Source of the DNA: Chloroflexi bacterium UBA6622
Lineage (GTDB): Bacteria; Chloroflexota; UBA11872
Length of the DNA: 55,393 nucleotides
Direction: 5' to 3'
Assembly (NCBI GenBank): GCA_002433065.1
Contig: DJHK01000010.1
Coordinates: forward strand, 10,796-66,188
A program made the translations under genes and the position numbers. Below are positions 50,488 to 55,393 of the stretch, piece after piece. The notes under the pieces were generated by a model. That model saw only the letters and a program-made list of their open reading frames with translations, had not been told where the DNA came from and did not search any database. How positions within the stretch are numbered: position 1 is the first letter of the stretch; every line of letters begins with the position of its first letter.

Positions 50488-50733
50488 ATGGCTCACGGAG
50501 CACGCATCTCCATTGAATATTGCTCTCAATGAAACTACCTCCCTCGCGCGGTCCGCGCGACAGAGGAAATTCTTAATGAGTTTGGTCACCAAGTAAGTCA
50601 ATGTGTGCTTGTCCCAAGCGCGGGCGGTGTATTTGAAGTACATGTTGACGACACGTTGGTGTTCTCTAAGAAAGCACTCGAACGCCATGCCGAGCCCGGA
50701 GAGGTGCGAAAGCTCGTAGCCGACATCCTTTAG
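50488..50733 (+). CDS. Rdx (SelW/SelT/SelH) family selenoprotein with CxxU; Sec at codon 15 (TGA 50530-50532)
   Basis: MAHGARISIEYCSQ-TGA-NYLPRAVRATEEILNEFGHQVSQCVLVPSAGGVFEVHVDDTLVFSKKALERHAEPGEVRKLVADIL*; the family motifs I.YCxxU and GG.FEV...L.FSK are intact; absent from the ORF track. Confidence 0.95.
50538..50566 (+). promoter_or_regulatory. Bacterial SECIS element of the Rdx selenoprotein
   Basis: CCTC-cc-TCGCGCG-GTC-CGCGCGA-ca-GAGG: 7-bp upper stem, loop starting with G 19 nt after the UGA, 4-bp lower stem. Confidence 0.8.
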
Positions 50734-50767
50734 ACAGCCGACGGGGTATTCGCCAAGGATGCCAGAT

Positions 50768-52093
50768 TTAAGCTTTCGAGCCTTCGTGGCCATAAGCCGC
50801 GTCCAAAAACTCAGCTACATGCATAACCTGTAGATCCATTCCGCGGCGTTGTGCGCCGGTTTGAATGTGTAAAAGACATCCTGGATTCGCAGATACCACA
50901 ACGGTCGCACCGGTAGCTTGAAGAGCGTCAAGTCGCTCTTCAAGAATCGCTAGCGAAATTTCGGTGTCAGTGACGCTATATAGACCGGCTGCACCACAGC
51001 AAATCGTCGGATTCTCCATTTCGACCAGTTCTGTACCAGGAACCATGCGCAGCAAATCACGGGGCTGTCGCGATATACCCTGCGCATGTACTAGATGGCA
51101 GGCATCCTGATACACGACCCGCTCCGCTATCGCTCCGGTCGGGGTTCGCATTCCAATCTCGTGCAAATACTCAGAAAAGTCCTTAACCCGTACTGAGAAC
51201 GCTTCGGCACGAGCCGCATATTCAGGATCGTCAGCCAAAAGTTCACCGTACTCCTTCAATGTTGACCCGCACCCGGCAGAGTTAATGATGATGGCGTCAT
51301 CCTCATGAATCTCGAAGGCCTCGACATTGCGGCGGGCCAATTCTCTGGCAGCCTCGCGATCGCCTCCGTGCACATGCAGAGCACCACAGCAGCCCTGCTG
51401 TTCAGGAATACGAACCTCGCATCCATTCTGAGCCAACACTCGCAAAGACGCACGATGAGCATCTGCAAACGCAACTCCCATAATGCAACCCGTAATAAAT
51501 GAAACGTGGTGCCTGACCTCGCCGTCGGCAGGAAAAAACGAAAGATCAGACGCCTGCAGGAACCTATTAGAAACCCTCGGTGACAAAGCCTCGACCTTGG
51601 CTAATGGGGGTGCAATCCGTTGCAGGACGCCAAGCCGACGCACCACCGTCTGTAAGCCCGAGCGCTGATACAGCTTTAGGGCCTGCGCCGCCAGCCGGAG
51701 GAGCTTGAGACGCCGGAAGACCGTTCTTAAAACCTGCTGCGCGATTCTGCGCCGAGTGGGCATCAAATCCGCCTGAACAGCTTGACCGCGCACAGCCTCA
51801 ATCAAGGCCCCATATTTAACGCCAGACGGGCAGGCCGTCTCACATCCACGACAATCCAAACACTGGAAGGTATGTTTCAAGAATGCCGGACTATCGAGTG
51901 AGAGGCGTTCTTCCTGAACAGCGTTGACGAGTTGAATGCGGCCACGAGGGGAATCCATCTCGACGCGAAGCACCCGATATGTCGGACATTCGTTCAGACA
52001 GAGCCCGCAGTGCACGCAAGAAGCCACAATGGAGGCATCCGGCACATCAATCGAGGAAAACCCGCGAACGGCAATTCCTTGGTCAATTGTCAT
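50768..52093 (-). CDS. glcF: Glycolate oxidase iron-sulfur subunit
   Basis: CVHCGLCLNECPTY, DSPRGRI, CLDCRGCETACPSGV and two CCG domains; ATGA overlap with glcE. Confidence 0.93.
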   Translation of the reverse strand: MTIDQGIAVRGFSSIDVPDASIVASCVHCGLCLNECPTYRVLRVEMDSPRGRIQLVNAVQEERLSLDSPAFLKHTFQCLDCRGCETACPSGVKYGALIEAVRGQAVQADLMPTRRRIAQQVLRTVFRRLKLLRLAAQALKLYQRSGLQTVVRRLGVLQRIAPPLAKVEALSPRVSNRFLQASDLSFFPADGEVRHHVSFITGCIMGVAFADAHRASLRVLAQNGCEVRIPEQQGCCGALHVHGGDREAARELARRNVEAFEIHEDDAIIINSAGCGSTLKEYGELLADDPEYAARAEAFSVRVKDFSEYLHEIGMRTPTGAIAERVVYQDACHLVHAQGISRQPRDLLRMVPGTELVEMENPTICCGAAGLYSVTDTEISLAILEERLDALQATGATVVVSANPGCLLHIQTGAQRRGMDLQVMHVAEFLDAAYGHEGSKA

Positions 52094-53445
52094 GGAGTCA
52101 CGTACCGTCCACGATTAATAATGCCTCCCGGATCAAATGACCTTCGTAACGCAGTCATCGCTTTCAGCGCTGATGAATCCGGCGGAACGCCCCACACACC
52201 CACAGCCCTTTTAACCTCCCCAGTCGAAGACTCAATGATCAGTGAGCCTCCTAATTTCTGGATTCTGGTCCGCAAACGCATTACGAATTCCCTTACCAAA
52301 GACACCGACTGTGACGTCACAGACACTCGCACAACACCGTGCAATGCCCGGGCGCTCGATACCGTGCCAAGCCCAAGATCATCACCTAATTCTTTGACCG
52401 AGCCCAGCATCGAAGCAACTTGCGTTGAGAGGCCACTCATCAAGCATATTGTTGCAATAGGATCAGTTAGAGGAAGTCTGGCCAATATATCGGCATCACG
52501 CCAGAAACGTTTCTGCGCTGCATCATGAAGCTCAATTGGCTCACCGTCAGCCTCAATATCGATAACTCCTCTAACCATCGAAAGTTTCTCTTTAACACCA
52601 TCTTCCGTTCCAGGAATCCGGATTGCCAGCACCCCCCAAGAACCTTCCAAGTGCATGTCTTGGAGCAGCTCCTGTTGCACCAGGTCAAGCGCGCTACAGG
52701 TGAACGGAAGATCGGCGAGCAGATCTACCAACCGGACTGCACTGGCAGGATCAGGTACCGGTATCGCCAACGTAGTTTCGACCGCCGGTATCGGGAACGT
52801 CTTGAGATTCACACGAGTAATAACGCCGAGCGTACCAAGAGCACCGATGTGTGCCTTAGAAAGGTCATACCCGGTTACGTTCTTGACTACCATGCCACCG
52901 GACTTCGTTACTGAACCATCAACACCTGCCACTTCGATGCCAATAATGTGATCACGGGCAGTTCCTAATCCAGCCCGACGTGGGCCCGATCGATTCGTAG
53001 CCACAACTCCACCCACAGTGGAGGATGCATCGACCAAAGGATCTAGAGCCAGCATCTGTCCAGACTCAGCGAGCATTCGCTGTACATCCAGAAAACGTGT
53101 TCCGGTAGCAACAGCTAGCGTCAGATCATCCGGACGATATTCGATCACCTGGTCCAGTTCATGCAGTTCAAGGACTACATCCACACGCTCAGGCGGCGTC
53201 CCGAGATGCAAATGACTGCCACCACCACGTGGAACTACCACCGCGCCAAGACGGGCACATATAGTTAACACGGTAGCCACAACATCCGCACTTTTTGCAC
53301 TTACACAGAGGGCAGGCACCACGCCATCGATAGCATCCTCATCCGCATTGGCAAGCCGAACTACCTCTGGGGACAACTCAGAAACCAACACGTGCCTAAG
53401 TTCAGCCTGAGATTGAGGGGGTTCAACTAGCGGGAGAGATGCCAT
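52090..53445 (-). CDS. glcE: Glycolate oxidase FAD-binding subunit
   Basis: PRGGG, EY.P.DLT, TVGGVVATN.SGPRR, GG.VVKNVTGYDL.K and FDP.GI.N.GR. Confidence 0.9.
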   Translation of the reverse strand: MASLPLVEPPQSQAELRHVLVSELSPEVVRLANADEDAIDGVVPALCVSAKSADVVATVLTICARLGAVVVPRGGGSHLHLGTPPERVDVVLELHELDQVIEYRPDDLTLAVATGTRFLDVQRMLAESGQMLALDPLVDASSTVGGVVATNRSGPRRAGLGTARDHIIGIEVAGVDGSVTKSGGMVVKNVTGYDLSKAHIGALGTLGVITRVNLKTFPIPAVETTLAIPVPDPASAVRLVDLLADLPFTCSALDLVQQELLQDMHLEGSWGVLAIRIPGTEDGVKEKLSMVRGVIDIEADGEPIELHDAAQKRFWRDADILARLPLTDPIATICLMSGLSTQVASMLGSVKELGDDLGLGTVSSARALHGVVRVSVTSQSVSLVREFVMRLRTRIQKLGGSLIIESSTGEVKRAVGVWGVPPDSSALKAMTALRRSFDPGGIINRGRYVTP

Positions 53446-53497
53446 GATGCGTAGTATCTGAGTCTCTCATGAGGCTCACAAGACGAGAACTTGAGCG

Positions 53498-54364
53498 ATG
53501 ATCGTTGCACGCACCATAGATCAGGTTCGAGACGCCCGTCTCAACCTGAAAGAACCGGTGGGGCTGGTGCCGACGATGGGAGCACTGCACCGGGGCCATC
53601 TCGCCTTGTTGAAGACGGCGCGCCGTTCTGATCAATCAGTCATAGCGACACTTTTTGTGAATCGATCACAGTTCGGAAATCCGGAAGACTTTTCGGCCTA
53701 CCCGCGGGATGAAGAAGCCGATCTGGCCGCGTTCGAGGCCGCAGGCGTGGATCTTGTCTTCATGCCAACTGAAGCCGAGTTATATCCCAAGGGAATCACC
53801 GCCACGGTCCATCCTGGTCGAATAGCCCATGAACTGGAAGGAACTCGGAGGCCCGGACACTTTGCCGGCGTAGCCACGGTCGTAGCAAAGATTTTTGGCC
53901 TTACCCAACCCCATCGGGCCTATTTCGGCCAGAAGGACTGGCAACAGACTAGGGTCATTGCAGAGATGGTGGCAAACCTGAACATTCCTCTGACCCTGAC
54001 AGTCATCGGGACAGTGAGAGATAGCGACGGGATTGCCCTCAGTAGCCGAAATGTTCGGCTGACCTCAAGAGAACGTGGAGCCGCCACTTCCCTTTATCGT
54101 GGGCTCACGTCAGCGCGAGAGGCCTGGGATGCGGGAACCCATGCACCGACTTCGCTCGCGGAAATCGTCAGCAATGTCATATCCCAAGAACCTCTCGCGA
54201 CCACAGCCTATGTCGAGGTTCGTCACGCACTGACGCTTACGCCTTTATCAAAAACAATCCCCCCGTTTGTTATTGCCGGAGCTATTGAGATTGGTGGGAT
54301 TGGTTTAATCGACAACATCGTGGTCGGGAACGGCTTGACCTTGGCCGAAGAGCTAAACGGTTGA
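53498..54364 (+). CDS. panC: Pantoate--beta-alanine ligase
   Basis: VPTMGALHRGH, FVN..QF, RPGHFAGV, YFGQKD.QQ, SSRN and LIDN. Confidence 0.96.
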   Translation: MIVARTIDQVRDARLNLKEPVGLVPTMGALHRGHLALLKTARRSDQSVIATLFVNRSQFGNPEDFSAYPRDEEADLAAFEAAGVDLVFMPTEAELYPKGITATVHPGRIAHELEGTRRPGHFAGVATVVAKIFGLTQPHRAYFGQKDWQQTRVIAEMVANLNIPLTLTVIGTVRDSDGIALSSRNVRLTSRERGAATSLYRGLTSAREAWDAGTHAPTSLAEIVSNVISQEPLATTAYVEVRHALTLTPLSKTIPPFVIAGAIEIGGIGLIDNIVVGNGLTLAEELNG

Positions 54365-54438
54365 CATGACGTGGGATGACGGCACGATGTGGCCACCCCG
54401 CACAATATCTGCCGCTATAAGCATGAGGGAATAGATCT

Positions 54439-55290
54439 ATGGCCTATCACCTTACTTCGCTAACAATTCCATATGCCCGAGACGGCCATTCCCGTACTCG
54501 CGCATATGAAGGAATCGCCCGGGCTGGCTTTAGCCACGTCGGCTTGTACGACGGTCACGAAGAAGGCCCCGTGTGGCCAATTGGCATCACCGCAAGCCAG
54601 GCACGATTCGCTGTACAGCCCGCCCTCGACGCCGGTCTGGCCATTGACCACAAGTCGCATGGACAGGTCACCGACAACCCGGATTTGTTTGTACGGACTA
54701 TTGGACTTGCGAGCGAAGCCGGTGTCCCAAGCCTAGTGTGCTGGGGACCTTATGAGTATGAGTCCGGAACATTTCCAGCTGTGCCTAAGAAGCCCGACGT
54801 ATGGCAGTCCGAGGTTAATGGTTTCTTCACCGCATTCGAGGCTGGAGTTCGTGAAGCCGAGGCCGCCGGGGTTTTGCTCCTACCCAAGCCCCATACCGGT
54901 GTAGGCAAACACGGCGCAGCCCTACGAGAACTTCACGACAGGTTCGATTCGTCAGCCGTCGGGGTGTGTTACGACACAGGCAATGTTCACTATTACGAAG
55001 GACTAGATCCGATCACGGATGTCGTGCCAGTCGCCGGCCTATGTCAGCAAATCATCATTAAAGATCACGTGGGCCCACAGGGAAACCCCGTCTTCCGAAC
55101 ACCTGGCGACGGTGATATAGATCATCAGGCCGTGCTCGCAGTACTCGCCGAAGCAGGATTCAGCGGCTCACTGGTGAACGAGCGACTTGATATTTCAGGG
55201 CTCGAGAGCATTGATGCCGAACTCGTCCGTGCCCATCGCCATATAAGCGCCGTGGCCGACGCAACTCTAGCCTCACACTCCAATGGCTAA
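54439..55290 (+). CDS. Sugar phosphate isomerase/epimerase (xylose isomerase-like TIM barrel)
   Basis: KPH.G, YDTGN, IKDH, PGDGDID and GFSG.L..E; GAGGG RBS. Confidence 0.85.
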   Translation: MAYHLTSLTIPYARDGHSRTRAYEGIARAGFSHVGLYDGHEEGPVWPIGITASQARFAVQPALDAGLAIDHKSHGQVTDNPDLFVRTIGLASEAGVPSLVCWGPYEYESGTFPAVPKKPDVWQSEVNGFFTAFEAGVREAEAAGVLLLPKPHTGVGKHGAALRELHDRFDSSAVGVCYDTGNVHYYEGLDPITDVVPVAGLCQQIIIKDHVGPQGNPVFRTPGDGDIDHQAVLAVLAEAGFSGSLVNERLDISGLESIDAELVRAHRHISAVADATLASHSNG

Positions 55291-55393
55291 AGAGATCGGT
55301 TTCGGCGTCATTGGGTATGGCCTGATGGGAACCGCCCATATCTCGGGATTGCAACAGCTTCAGCACGCACGAGTTGCAGCAATTGCTGGGCCC
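55283..55393 (+). CDS. Gfo/Idh/MocA-family oxidoreductase, 3'-truncated by the window edge
   Basis: MAKEIGFGVIGYGLMGTAHISGLQQLQHARVAAIAGP; overlaps the upstream stop by 8 nt. Confidence 0.8.
   Translation, partial: MAKEIGFGVIGYGLMGTAHISGLQQLQHARVAAIAGP

Noticed and set aside
50276-50793. ORF-track calls 50276..50596 (+) and 50473..50793 (-)
   Set aside because: They have no recognisable motifs and overlap the Rdx selenoprotein frame, which explains the region better.
1-55393. Genome-wide UGA reassignment (genetic code 4 or 25) as the explanation for the in-frame TGAs
   Set aside because: gap, pgk and tpiA end at TGA at their expected C-termini and the long genes have no internal TGA. The two exceptions fall at redox Cys positions, which fits Sec.
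1-55393. CRISPR arrays, transposases, integrases, prophage genes, rRNA
   Set aside because: No regularly spaced direct repeats or recognisable mobile-element or rRNA sequence were seen; the many short overlapping ORFs are shadows of the assigned genes.

Overview
A gene-dense, roughly 55-58% GC (by eye) bacterial chromosome segment, most likely Chloroflexota (inferred mainly from the large YYY/DUF2298-type membrane protein). Most of it is housekeeping: a SAM-cycle operon (mtnA-mtnP-pfkB-ahcY-metK), a sulfatase/FGE/GH127/enolase catabolic patch, tsaC, yvcK, a prenyl synthase and dxs, gap-pgk, selB, birA, glcD and glcE-glcF, tdh, amt, nadD-rsfS, tpiA, ftsY and panC. The main hidden signal is selenocysteine recoding. 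Besides selB, two genes missed or truncated by the ORF track contain an in-frame TGA at the redox-active position: an AhpC/TSA-like protein with UxxC (42461..42961) and an Rdx/SelW-family protein with CxxU (50488..50733). Each TGA is followed by a hairpin with the same CGCG-GNN-CGCG apical core, a candidate lineage-specific bacterial SECIS. Other observations are a decayed MarR plus ABC-exporter locus with a large out-of-frame internal deletion, a frameshifted relic of a paralogous sulfatase, a stand-alone KOW-Smr protein, an rsfS that seems to need a CTG start, and a structured non-coding segment at about 31.3-31.5 kb. I recognised no tRNA, rRNA, CRISPR array or transposase. All calls come from reading motifs by eye; no searches were run.
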